Translations under genes and position numbers: made by a program | Virus record (IMG/VR): IMGVR_UViG_3300032225_000468 | Coordinates: 1 to 28,461 of that record | Direction: 5' to 3' (one strand) | DNA: 28,461 nucleotides | Source: a virus | Taxonomy: Duplodnaviria > Caudoviricetes | The notes under the pieces: model-generated | Databases searched by the model: none | What the model saw: only the letters and a program-made list of their open reading frames with translations | What the model was told of the DNA's origin: nothing | In this document: positions 1 through 7,398 of the stretch, one piece after another | Layout: each line of letters begins with the position of its first letter | How positions within the stretch are numbered: position 1 is the stretch's first letter

Positions 1-123
1 ACGTCGACCGGAGTCCACGACTAGCCCGCGATCTACGAGCTCGACGCGGCGAGGGCGGCAGGTGTTCGGCGACATGGTCAGCCGTTCACTTAGTGCCTCG
101 TCCGTGGATGGATGTCTCCGTAG
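1..123. repeat. Terminal direct repeat, copy 1 (123 bp; circular-assembly overlap)
   Basis: acgtcgaccggagtcc...gtctccgtag is identical at 1-123 and 28339-28461. Confidence 0.97.
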
Positions 124-240
124 TGCTTCGAGCACTTGTGACCGGAGGTTGGCCGTACGGCCGTTAATGCTGATTGCAGCCTCCCGGCTGGTTTCTGAGT
201 GAATCTGGTAAGGCGGTTGATTAAAGATGTCGAGTTGCAT
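1..240 (-). CDS. Winged-helix DNA-binding protein, 5' part (continues across the circular junction to 28282; 98 aa)
   Basis: Hand translation: MQLDIFNQPPYQIHSETSREAA...VLEALRRHPSTDEALSERLTMSPNTCRPRRVELVDRGLVVDSGRR|EKTASGRSAVVWQVKEDA*; absent from the ORF track. Confidence 0.8.
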   Translation of the reverse strand, partial: MQLDIFNQPPYQIHSETSREAAISINGRTANLRSQVLEALRRHPSTDEALSERLTMSPNTCRPRRVELVDRGLVVDSGRR

Positions 241-270
241 TAAATATCCCCTCTCCGAGATAAGTAAAAA

Positions 271-396
271 CTACTTCGCAGATACTTCGCGAAACTCCGT
301 GAGCTGTGATTTGTTGGCTGGGCACCGGTGAGCGACCTGAGTGGCAATCGCTTCGACCTCATACTCGCACTTAGGACATTGGAAGGTGCGCTTCAT
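271..396 (-). CDS. Small Zn-ribbon protein (41 aa)
   Basis: MKRTFQCPKCEYEVEAIATQVAHRCPANK...; CxxC...HxC; TAATG overlap with the upstream gene. Confidence 0.7.
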   Translation of the reverse strand: MKRTFQCPKCEYEVEAIATQVAHRCPANKSQLTEFREVSAK

Positions 397-581
397 TAGA
401 TCAACTCGCCCATCATTTCGTTGGCGGCTATCACGGTCACTTCGTAATCCTCATTGGTCATCTCTGAGTAGTCGGGCTCGAAGTAGTCCTCGATGATTTC
501 ATGGACTGCCATAGCGGTCATCCCATCGACTTCGAGGATGGTCTGAATGCGCTCGATTAGTTGCATTTCTGCCTTGCTCAT
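396..581 (-). CDS. Hypothetical acidic protein (61 aa)
   Basis: Track ORF 396-701; start moved to ATG 581, which follows RBS AAGGAG. Confidence 0.7.
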   Translation of the reverse strand: MSKAEMQLIERIQTILEVDGMTAMAVHEIIEDYFEPDYSEMTNEDYEVTVIAANEMMGELI

Positions 582-617
582 ATTGGTCTCCTTGGTTGGG
601 TCGTTGCCGACATAGTC

Positions 618-646
618 AGTTTGTATCACCGAGAGACAGATGTCAA
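618..646 (-). promoter_or_regulatory. Putative sigma70/SigA-type promoter
   Basis: TTGACA-N17-CAAACT in an AT-richer gap upstream of ATG 581. Confidence 0.45.
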
Positions 647-693
647 GTCTTTCGATTGCCATATTTATACCCGTTTGGGTATATTTTGACCTT

Positions 694-1035
694 TTAGGCA
701 ATTATTGACCGAATCTGGTCGAAATCGCGTGGCCGCCAGACATAGACCTCAGCATTAGGCAGATTTTCGAGGCTCGCTAGGACTTCCTCCTGGGCCATAC
801 TGAGTCGACCTTTGTCAGTCTTGAGCTCAGCGAAGATAAGCCGGTCATCTCTCCAGGCGGTTATGTCGGGGTATCCGGCGAGAGTTGCCTTAGCGAGGTC
901 GCTTCGCATAATGGAGTAGACCGTCCAGCCTTGCGATCGCATCTCACGCTCGAGCACGTTCTGAAAGTCGCGCTCCGATTCCATCTTGGCGGTTGACTGC
1001 GCCTTAAACAGATTCGGGCTCTTCGCCATCTTCAT
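694..1035 (-). CDS. VRR-NUC (PD-(D/E)xK) nuclease, possible Holliday junction resolvase
   Basis: ExxFQ...GYPDI...IFAELKTDKGRLSMAQ...VYVWRP. Confidence 0.9.
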   Translation of the reverse strand: MKMAKSPNLFKAQSTAKMESERDFQNVLEREMRSQGWTVYSIMRSDLAKATLAGYPDITAWRDDRLIFAELKTDKGRLSMAQEEVLASLENLPNAEVYVWRPRDFDQIRSIIA

Positions 1036-1399
1036 CCTCGAGGACGTACTTTTCCTCGCCCCAGTAAAACCTCATCCGCGCACGTTCCGCAGCTCTATAT
1101 TCTGCCTCGGTGGCCCAACTTGCCAGGGCGAATCCATTGGCCTCAGCCCAGGCTGGATGTGTAGTGATGAAGGAGTGACAGCTGCGGCAGAGCGAGATGC
1201 AGTTCGTAGGATCCGTTATCGATCCACCTCTAGCCCGTGACTTAAGTTCGTGAACGTCGGTCGCGTGTCGTGTGCAGTCTTCTAGGCCGCATTGGCATCG
1301 GTTCTCATCGCGATCTAATACGATTTGCCGAACATCACTCCGGGCAGGCAGTTGGCTTCGGCGCTTTGAGCTCATCCCTCTTAGCGGTTTTCGCTTCAT
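1004..1399 (-). CDS. HNH endonuclease
   Basis: RDENRCQC...DVHELKSRARGG...NCISLCRSCH; start at the ATGA overlap (1399). Confidence 0.85.
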   Translation of the reverse strand: MKRKPLRGMSSKRRSQLPARSDVRQIVLDRDENRCQCGLEDCTRHATDVHELKSRARGGSITDPTNCISLCRSCHSFITTHPAWAEANGFALASWATEAEYRAAERARMRFYWGEEKYVLEDEDGEEPESV

Positions 1400-1746
1400 A
1401 GTTGGTCCAGGTCGAAGTCCACAGTTGGCCAGTTGCCCGTCCGCTGATATTGCAGTAGTCGAACCTTCCAGCATGGGACGCAGAACATTGGCCTAGGACC
1501 CCAGTAGGCTCGAATCCGCTTTATCGCCCATTGGCCGCACTCGTCACAATGTCCGGGCTGAAGGGCCTTGAGTTCCTCGAAGTGCTCTGAGATACGGTCC
1601 GCGATGTCCTCTCTATCAGGTAGCGGTGTCACCTTAAGATTCTCTAGGAAGTCCCATTCGACGCTCAGCTCATCGATTTGGAGTAGGTAGAGGGTAACGA
1701 CGATACGGGGGAATCTAACCTCGTCGATGTCCTCTTGAGCGATCAT
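1396..1746 (-). CDS. Hypothetical Zn-finger protein
   Basis: CDEC...CVPC; coupled within the replication operon. Confidence 0.7.
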   Translation of the reverse strand: MIAQEDIDEVRFPRIVVTLYLLQIDELSVEWDFLENLKVTPLPDREDIADRISEHFEELKALQPGHCDECGQWAIKRIRAYWGPRPMFCVPCWKVRLLQYQRTGNWPTVDFDLDQL

Positions 1747-1755
1747 GCAATAACG

Positions 1756-2268
1756 CTAGCCTCGCTGGTAAATCCTCCTGGCTTGTTTTAGTGCTTCGAG
1801 GGGGTCGAGTTCGATAGAGGGAATATCTGATAAAGAAACCCTGTCGATGCGCTCAGTCAAACTTTTGGAACGACGTAATTGGTTATATAACGGTTCTATG
1901 GGGGTTAGGTCGTCACTCTGACTACTCTGACCCGTCACTCTGACGTGTCTGACCCGTCTCTCTGACACTACCGAATCAGTCGAGACCTGTCGCTCTGACG
2001 TGTCTAAATCTATGGTGAAGCGGTATCGGTTCGAGTGTCGAGGGGTCCAGTTTTTTGTCTTGGTAATTATTTGCAGCTCACGAAGTTTCTTGATTGACCG
2101 CTCGACGGTCGACCTCGAGAATCCACTCTCCAGGGCAATAGTGGCGATGCTGGGATACGTCTCTGATCCGTCTTCGTGCGCGTGTTCGGCCAGCACTAGG
2201 GCTACGGACTTAGTCGGACCCCGTAAATCGTGAAGGGCCATGACGGCCTTGATTACGTTGACGCTCAT
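1756..2268 (-). CDS. HTH replication initiator (HTH_36 / lambda O-like architecture)
   Basis: VALVLAEHAHEDGSETYPSIATIALESGFSRSTVERSIKKL...NRY; iteron array inside the gene. Confidence 0.8.
   Translation of the reverse strand: MSVNVIKAVMALHDLRGPTKSVALVLAEHAHEDGSETYPSIATIALESGFSRSTVERSIKKLRELQIITKTKNWTPRHSNRYRFTIDLDTSERQVSTDSVVSERRVRHVRVTGQSSQSDDLTPIEPLYNQLRRSKSLTERIDRVSLSDIPSIELDPLEALKQARRIYQRG
1911..2005. repeat. Iteron array, putative replication origin
   Basis: TCTGAC at 1917, 1926, 1939, 1948, 1961 and 1994 (22-bp period); AT-rich taattggttatataa adjacent at 1876-1890. Confidence 0.7.
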
Positions 2269-2519
2269 TTTGTGCCTCTCATCCTGAGTCGCTGGGCCGG
2301 TGTCGTACCACCGAAAACCCCGTTTATTTCTGAATTCTTTGCTTCGTATTCCTTGATGAACTCAAGACATTCACGGCGCACCGGACACCGCTTACACCAG
2401 GCCACCGCTTTCGTCTCATTCTCAGGCCGAAAGAATAGGTCTAGGTCCATTCCCTCGCATAATGCCTTAGAACGCCACAGAGCGCGCTTTAGCGGCCTCT
2501 CACGCCTTTCCAAAGCCAC
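2265..2519 (-). CDS. whiB: WhiB family Fe-S transcription factor (copy 2)
   Basis: W...ALC...DLFF...CKRCPVRREC...GVFGG; start probably GTG 2519 or TTG 2513. Confidence 0.85.
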   Translation of the reverse strand: MALERRERPLKRALWRSKALCEGMDLDLFFRPENETKAVAWCKRCPVRRECLEFIKEYEAKNSEINGVFGGTTPAQRLRMRGTK

Positions 2520-2877
2520 TCCTCTGGAGTCGCCATTCGCGGAGATACTTCCCTCCGGCGGTCTTGCATGGATCGCAGGGAATCGAACCGGCCTTTTGAT
2601 GAGCTCGGTATCCGGCATAGGTGCCATGCTCGGTCGGTTTCTGCACGTTCATCCCCATCGCATATCGCTCTCGACGGCGTTGGGCGTAGGTCGTTCCAGC
2701 CCGAATCCCCATCGTTTCGCCATCGCTCACGGCCTCAGCCAGACACTCCGAGGCAACGGGGCAACTGCCGCATAGGGCCTTGACCGTAGCGCAGGGTTGC
2801 TCTCGACGGTTGTCATCGGCGAAGAATAGGTTCACGTCCATCCCACGACATGCCGCATCAAGTCGCCAGTTACTCAT
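2500..2877 (-). CDS. whiB: WhiB family protein (copy 1) with C-terminal HGT-x-H-CxxC extension
   Basis: WRLDAACRGMDVNLFF...CGSCPVASEC...GIRAG, then HGTYAGYRAH...PCDPC. Confidence 0.85.
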   Translation of the reverse strand: MSNWRLDAACRGMDVNLFFADDNRREQPCATVKALCGSCPVASECLAEAVSDGETMGIRAGTTYAQRRRERYAMGMNVQKPTEHGTYAGYRAHQKAGSIPCDPCKTAGGKYLREWRLQRSGFGKA

Positions 2878-3079
2878 CCTCCAGCCCAACGATGATTAGA
2901 CCGGCAATGATGTAGGCCGCGAAAACACAGACCGCCACGGTGCCGAAAGTCAGAATAAGACCTCCGGTTCCATACGAGGGGTGTCGACTCCATGCCAGGG
3001 TGATTCCGGTTGGGACTCCGATCACAGCTGCGATAGTTGCAGCGCGTCGGCGTAACTTCGATAGACGATTCCGTCTCAT
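2870..3079 (-). CDS. Small two-TM membrane protein
   Basis: Basic N-terminus, two hydrophobic segments, RBS GAGGAG. Confidence 0.75.
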   Translation of the reverse strand: MRRNRLSKLRRRAATIAAVIGVPTGITLAWSRHPSYGTGGLILTFGTVAVCVFAAYIIAGLIIVGLEDE

Positions 3080-3107
3080 AATGTTCTCCTCTCATAGAAC
3101 GATGGTC

Positions 3108-3136
3108 ACTATTCCACGGTTTCGGGATTCTGTCAA
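3108..3136 (-). promoter_or_regulatory. Putative promoter for the whiB-rep operon
   Basis: TTGACA-N17-AATAGT, with TG just upstream of the -10; lies just downstream of a terminator. Confidence 0.5.
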
Positions 3137-3190
3137 TAGCCATTTTCTACATTCTGAGGCCGCCGAATCACATAATGCCCTAAAACGCCG

Positions 3191-3220
3191 AAAATCCCTC
3201 GCCTAAGTTGGACGAGGGAT
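3191..3220 (-). terminator. Intrinsic terminator after ssb
   Basis: ATCCCTCGTC-loop-GGCGAGGGAT followed by TTT. Confidence 0.6.
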
Positions 3221-3281
3221 AATCAGTTTTGCAGTGTCATGACCGGACTTTCCGGCCTTTTGGGTATCACTACCCTAGCGA

Positions 3282-3683
3282 CTAAAAGGGCTCATCGTCA
3301 GGGTTCGTAGCCATTGCCGTGGACTTAGTTGCCGTGACGGGGACGGCCGTTGAGAATCGAAGGCTTGGTGCGATATCTTCGGCCACGACTTCTACCGTCG
3401 ATCGCTTATCGCCCTCGGGGGTTTCCCATGAACGCTGCTCGAGGCGGCCGGTCACTAGAACGCGGTTGCCCTTCTTGAGTGAGTTAGCGGTGTTCTCAGC
3501 TAGCGGACCCCAGGAAGTCACATCGAAGAATGAAACCTGCTCTTCCCAGTTCTGAGTCTGCTTGTTCTGCCACCGGCGGTTGACCGCGATTGCGAAACGT
3601 GTCTGAGCTTGTCCGGTCTTAGTGAACTTGAGCTCAGGCTCTCGGGTTATATTCCCGGAGAGAGTGATGGTTACATCGGCCAT
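3282..3683 (-). CDS. ssb: Single-stranded DNA-binding protein (actinobacterial type)
   Basis: GNITREPEL...FAIAVN...LAEN...KG.RV.VTGRLEQRSW...acidic tail DDEPF. Confidence 0.97.
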   Translation of the reverse strand: MADVTITLSGNITREPELKFTKTGQAQTRFAIAVNRRWQNKQTQNWEEQVSFFDVTSWGPLAENTANSLKKGNRVLVTGRLEQRSWETPEGDKRSTVEVVAEDIAPSLRFSTAVPVTATKSTAMATNPDDEPF

Positions 3684-4231
3684 TATTTGTCTACTTTCGT
3701 TTTGCGGAGTTCCCGTAATAGGACTCCGATTTCATTGTCGTTAAGGTCCGTTGCCTTCTTAGGGTCTAAGAGTTGCAGGGTATCCATCACGAATGTTGAT
3801 CGCTCTTCCTTGGTCTTAAAACGCGAGGTGAGTAGATCGCTGAGTTCCTTAAGTTCCAGGTTGACCGGCTGGGAGATGCTGACGACGTTGTTAGCACGAT
3901 TGCGAACTTCATCGGCCGAAGCAATACGCTTGGTCTCACCGGCTAGAGCTGCGACAATTGCGCGGCCCCAGGCTGATGTCTCAGCCACCATCACTTCCGA
4001 ATCCTTGGTGTAGGGGGTCTTGCCGGGGATTGGTTCCCAGGCGGTTCCCATACCTGGACGAATGTCGCCCGGCTCCCTAAAGGCTGCGGCCGTGTACATG
4101 ACGAAATCCTTATCGCCGACTTTCACGAACTGAATATCGACCATTTGTAGCGATCCAGTTGGGAAGAGTTTCTTAAACTCCCTAATCCGTTCTGCTACGT
4201 CGATGTAATCCTTAGCGAATGTATTGCTCAT
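3683..4231 (-). CDS. Putative single-strand annealing recombinase (Rad52/Sak-like)
   Basis: DYIDVAERI...AETSAWGRA...IASADEV; adjacent to ssb. Confidence 0.65.
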   Translation of the reverse strand: MSNTFAKDYIDVAERIREFKKLFPTGSLQMVDIQFVKVGDKDFVMYTAAAFREPGDIRPGMGTAWEPIPGKTPYTKDSEVMVAETSAWGRAIVAALAGETKRIASADEVRNRANNVVSISQPVNLELKELSDLLTSRFKTKEERSTFVMDTLQLLDPKKATDLNDNEIGVLLRELRKTKVDK

Positions 4232-4424
4232 GTTGGTCCTCTCTAACCGTCTTCATTCTGCCAGTCGCTTGTGACATCCATCGCCACGCGGTCATCGGAC
4301 TGACCTCGAGTTTGGCGGCCACGCTTCTAATAGGTGCGCCTCCGCGATGCCATTGGCGCAGCACTTCGTCAAGCTGGCCGTTGTAGTCAATCTGCCGAAG
4401 GGTCTTAAGTGGTGATTCTTTCAC
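4212..4424 (-). CDS. Small HTH DNA-binding protein
   Basis: PIRSVAAKLEVSPMTAWRWM. Confidence 0.75.
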   Translation of the reverse strand: MKESPLKTLRQIDYNGQLDEVLRQWHRGGAPIRSVAAKLEVSPMTAWRWMSQATGRMKTVREDQHEQYIR

Positions 4425-4663
4425 CGGGTCAGAGTAGCGACTAGGTCGCCGATTACGTCGTTGTAATGCGAGAAATGCGCCACGAATGTCGGAGTATCTT
4501 CGCCGCCCTCGAGCACTACCGAAATCCCATCGTCAGTTAGATCGTGCGAGACCATCACGCGCTCACCGAAGCGAGAGCCTGGGGATTCGTAGACCAGGGG
4601 GTTGAGGTCAGGACTTACGAGCTCGAAGCCTAAGTCCGCTAGTTGTGTGTGCAGTTTGCTCAT
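4421..4663 (-). CDS. Hypothetical protein, first gene of the early operon
   Basis: ORF track; GGAG upstream; coupled to the next gene. Confidence 0.7.
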   Translation of the reverse strand: MSKLHTQLADLGFELVSPDLNPLVYESPGSRFGERVMVSHDLTDDGISVVLEGGEDTPTFVAHFSHYNDVIGDLVATLTR

Positions 4664-4705
4664 ACTCCATTATGTACCACAAAGATACATTTTCACGACT
4701 GAAGT

Positions 4706-4727
4706 AAAAGCGACCCGAAGGCCGCTT
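4706..4727 (-). terminator. Intrinsic terminator ending the late region
   Basis: AAGCGGCC-TTCG-GGTCGCTT-TT (C-UUCG-G tetraloop). Confidence 0.75.
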
Positions 4728-4768
4728 CTACGACTCGCACCGGGGGAGAGGAACCGGTCGAATATGCC

Positions 4769-5020
4769 CTAGAGGATCGGGGGGCTATTAGGGTCGATTG
4801 GGTTGGACGGTAGGGCACCGAGTAGCCATGACAGTTTCGGGAATCGCTCCTCGAGGCCGCGTACGACGGTGTAGTACAAAGTTGTAATACATGGCATCAT
4901 GACGACCACGGTGTCCGATGAGAGATCTAGGCCGGACTTGACCGCTAGGGAGATGAGCAGACCTACTGCCGAGGGGACGGCCGTTCGGATCACGTTCTTT
5001 TCGTAGTTATTGAGTGTCAT
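4769..5020 (-). CDS. Putative holin
   Basis: IRTAVP...two TM segments...YY..VR.LE...P.L.WLLG, resembling actinophage holin-like proteins. Confidence 0.65.
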   Translation of the reverse strand: MTLNNYEKNVIRTAVPSAVGLLISLAVKSGLDLSSDTVVVMMPCITTLYYTVVRGLEERFPKLSWLLGALPSNPIDPNSPPIL

Positions 5021-5169
5021 TATCTGCCTTTCTTGCAGCTATGCTTCGAGGCCGTTTTCAGCACCGAGGCTAGGTGAGCGAACTGAACCGCCGTAGGATT
5101 CCCATGATAGAGCAGCTTTGTAAATCCGCACTCGCAGGAATAGGTGATAGTTCCATCAGACGATGGCAA
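5020..5169 (-). CDS. Small Cys/His protein (49 aa), not in the ORF track
   Basis: TTG start; MPSSDGTITYSCECGF...KHSCKKGR*; fills the gap and overlaps the holin start as TAATG. Confidence 0.55.
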   Translation of the reverse strand: MPSSDGTITYSCECGFTKLLYHGNPTAVQFAHLASVLKTASKHSCKKGR

Positions 5170-6364
5170 GGTCGCCCCATCCTCGAGGACCGGCGCTTAG
5201 GCCGATGTTCATCGTCAGCATCCCCGAAGGTGAGGATTGCCCGGTCGTCGAAGTCCACCACTTAGAGCCACCGTCCATCGCTGGTACCTGGACGACCGTC
5301 CGGCCGGTTGCCTCGCTCATGGCAAAGTGATGCCCGTGTCCGCAGATAATCATCTCAGCATCGGCCGCACGTTGACGGCCTAGGGCTTGACCCTTCCACC
5401 AGCCCTCCATCTTGGCGGCCGCATTAGCGCCGGACCTGAACTGATGGCCGTGGGCAAACGTCACCGGGAGGCCGCCTATTTCCATCGTCGCCGTTAGATC
5501 GTCCGAGTTGAGTTCCAGAGGGATGCTTACCTGGTCGTATTTGCTCGACATGGCAATCACTTCCCTGACCGTCTCAAAGCATGAAACGTCGCGATTATCT
5601 GTGAAATCGGTGAACGCCTTGCCACCGGCTCGATTCTCCCCGTGGTTGCCAGGTACACAGGGGGCGATTATCCGATAGCCAGCGTCCACAAACGCGTCGA
5701 TATAGGCAAGGATAAGCCGTCGAGCGATACGATCTTGCTCTCGTTGGTTTTTGTCCTGCGACCATGTGCCCATCGCGTACCAATCGTTTCCACAGCCTTC
5801 GACCAAGTCGCCGAGTCCGGCCATTACGACGGTATCTGAACCGATACCGAACTTACGCATCTGTGAGGCTCGAGCGAGCGCACGTTCTAAAGCTGCAAAG
5901 ATGCGATCGACGGTCTCCGCGGTGCCACCCTCGACCTCGCCACTTTTACCCAACTGCCAGTCACTTAAAGCCATAAAAAACACTCGATTTGTGTCGACAA
6001 GTTTCACCGGCTTAGGTTTGCGCTTCTCTACGAGCTTGCGGAGCGCCTCTAAATCCTCCTGGTCGCCAGTTCGTTCACGGGGCTTAATCGTGGCTCTGTA
6101 GTAAAAGAGTCGTCGAAGGCCGCCTTCGGGGTCTGGCGCGTCCCAGGCGCGAATCTGCAGACTTCCACCGACTACCTCAGTCTTGGCAGGATCGAGGCCC
6201 CAGTCCTTGATTAGCATGGCCCAGATAGATTCATCGGGTTCGGAGTCGAGGACGGCCGTAATCTTGCCACCCTTAGACCGGTCCCACTCAATACCTGGTT
6301 CCCAGCCGGTGGGGTGCTGAAGTTTGTGGCGAGGTTTCTTCTCGAACTCGCTAAGGTCAGTCAC
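5156..6364 (-). CDS. Calcineurin-like metallophosphoesterase (Mre11-like nuclease/phosphoesterase)
   Basis: SDWQ, GDLVEG, GNHG, HGH and GHGH motifs; start at GTG 6364. Confidence 0.9.
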   Translation of the reverse strand: MTDLSEFEKKPRHKLQHPTGWEPGIEWDRSKGGKITAVLDSEPDESIWAMLIKDWGLDPAKTEVVGGSLQIRAWDAPDPEGGLRRLFYYRATIKPRERTGDQEDLEALRKLVEKRKPKPVKLVDTNRVFFMALSDWQLGKSGEVEGGTAETVDRIFAALERALARASQMRKFGIGSDTVVMAGLGDLVEGCGNDWYAMGTWSQDKNQREQDRIARRLILAYIDAFVDAGYRIIAPCVPGNHGENRAGGKAFTDFTDNRDVSCFETVREVIAMSSKYDQVSIPLELNSDDLTATMEIGGLPVTFAHGHQFRSGANAAAKMEGWWKGQALGRQRAADAEMIICGHGHHFAMSEATGRTVVQVPAMDGGSKWWTSTTGQSSPSGMLTMNIGLSAGPRGWGDLAIV

Positions 6365-6581
6365 AGCGACAGTTTCCGCGTCGGTGGGTTGAGACGGTGG
6401 TGGTAGTAGTTTTGATACCACGCTTCGAGAGCCAGCCACAGAGGCTAACTAGTGAGATGTCCGGGTGATCCATAGCCGCCTGGAACTTAGTACGGTCCTC
6501 GAGCGAAAGCTGCTCCATCGTTTTTCCGATGACACAGCGCGTATCTACAATGCTAAAAAACTCGGTCAGGTCGATATCCAT
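6357..6581 (-). CDS. Hypothetical protein (C...HRRGxCxC)
   Basis: RBS GAGAGG; overlaps the phosphoesterase start. Confidence 0.75.
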   Translation of the reverse strand: MDIDLTEFFSIVDTRCVIGKTMEQLSLEDRTKFQAAMDHPDISLVSLCGWLSKRGIKTTTTTVSTHRRGNCRCD

Positions 6582-6598
6582 AACAGCCTCTCTCGCAG

Positions 6599-6607
6599 TT
6601 ATCCACA
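6599..6607 (+). promoter_or_regulatory. Perfect DnaA box (TTATCCACA), intergenic
   Basis: Exact consensus in the 45-bp gap 6582-6626; function unproven. Confidence 0.35.
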
Positions 6608-6626
6608 GGATATACCCTCGAAGTGA

Positions 6627-6983
6627 TTATGCGATGTCTAAGAATGGAAGTGGCGAAACGTGAAATACGAAGTCATAGACCGCCTTGGTCTTGGTCGTAT
6701 CGGAGCCACCGGAGCGAGGTAGGGCCTTGACGATGACTTTCCATAGTCCGACGTTGTTAGTCGTGTCGATGTCGATGTAGACGTTGCCCGTTGATGGCAC
6801 GAAGATCATGTTCGATGGGTCACCGGAGCCATTGGTATATGTGTAGGCCGAAACGTTGGAGTCTGGCGAGCGGACTTCGATTACCCACTTGTCCGGGGTA
6901 ACTGCCGTTCCACCGATTGAGGTCAGGGGAGAGGTGGTCTTTACCCGTACGACGGTACCTTCGAGGATGACTTCGTTGGCCAT
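6627..6983 (-). CDS. Probable virion protein, beta-sandwich-like
   Basis: Beta-rich composition; downstream of the tail fibre. Confidence 0.6.
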   Translation of the reverse strand: MANEVILEGTVVRVKTTSPLTSIGGTAVTPDKWVIEVRSPDSNVSAYTYTNGSGDPSNMIFVPSTGNVYIDIDTTNNVGLWKVIVKALPRSGGSDTTKTKAVYDFVFHVSPLPFLDIA

Positions 6984-6985
6984 TA

Positions 6986-7174
6986 TTACTCCATTCCGAG
7001 CGTGATAGTTGCGGTTGATTTGTCGAGTGTCATTGCAGCGCGTGAGTTACCAAGGGTCATTCCGGCGCGGACCATTCCGAGGGTCATCTTGCCAGGACGG
7101 CCGATGACCATAGGCTCAAGGATTCCTTGGTACCAGCCGTTAAAACCGGCACGAAAGAAACCCTTACCGAACAT
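6986..7174 (-). CDS. Hypothetical protein with short MTL repeats
   Basis: KMTLG, GMTLG, AMTLD, TITLG; coupled start. Confidence 0.65.
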   Translation of the reverse strand: MFGKGFFRAGFNGWYQGILEPMVIGRPGKMTLGMVRAGMTLGNSRAAMTLDKSTATITLGME

Positions 7175-7398
7175 TAGTTAGATCCTGCTATTGCCCATGC
7201 TTCGGCCTCACTGATGAGGTGCTCTTGAGATAGGTGGAGGGTGTTAGCGCCTTCCTCCAGTGTGATTAGTCCCTTGACGACTAATAAGGTCACGGCCACG
7301 CCAGCAGCATCGAGCTCCCAGAATGGAATGACTACATCTTTGATGTAGCGGTCGCCATTCTCATCCCATGCCATTTGAGTTTCTTTATATCCGTTCAT
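7174..7398 (-). CDS. Hypothetical protein, possible fibre chaperone
   Basis: TAATG overlap with the fibre stop; position only. Confidence 0.6.
   Translation of the reverse strand: MNGYKETQMAWDENGDRYIKDVVIPFWELDAAGVAVTLLVVKGLITLEEGANTLHLSQEHLISEAEAWAIAGSN

Noticed and set aside
1911-2005. CRISPR-like array
   Set aside because: The units are short and contiguous, lack unique spacers and lie inside a coding region.
3080-4768. tRNA or structured ncRNA in the gaps 3080-3281 and 4664-4768
   Set aside because: No cloverleaf or T-loop consensus; the hairpins are explained as terminators.
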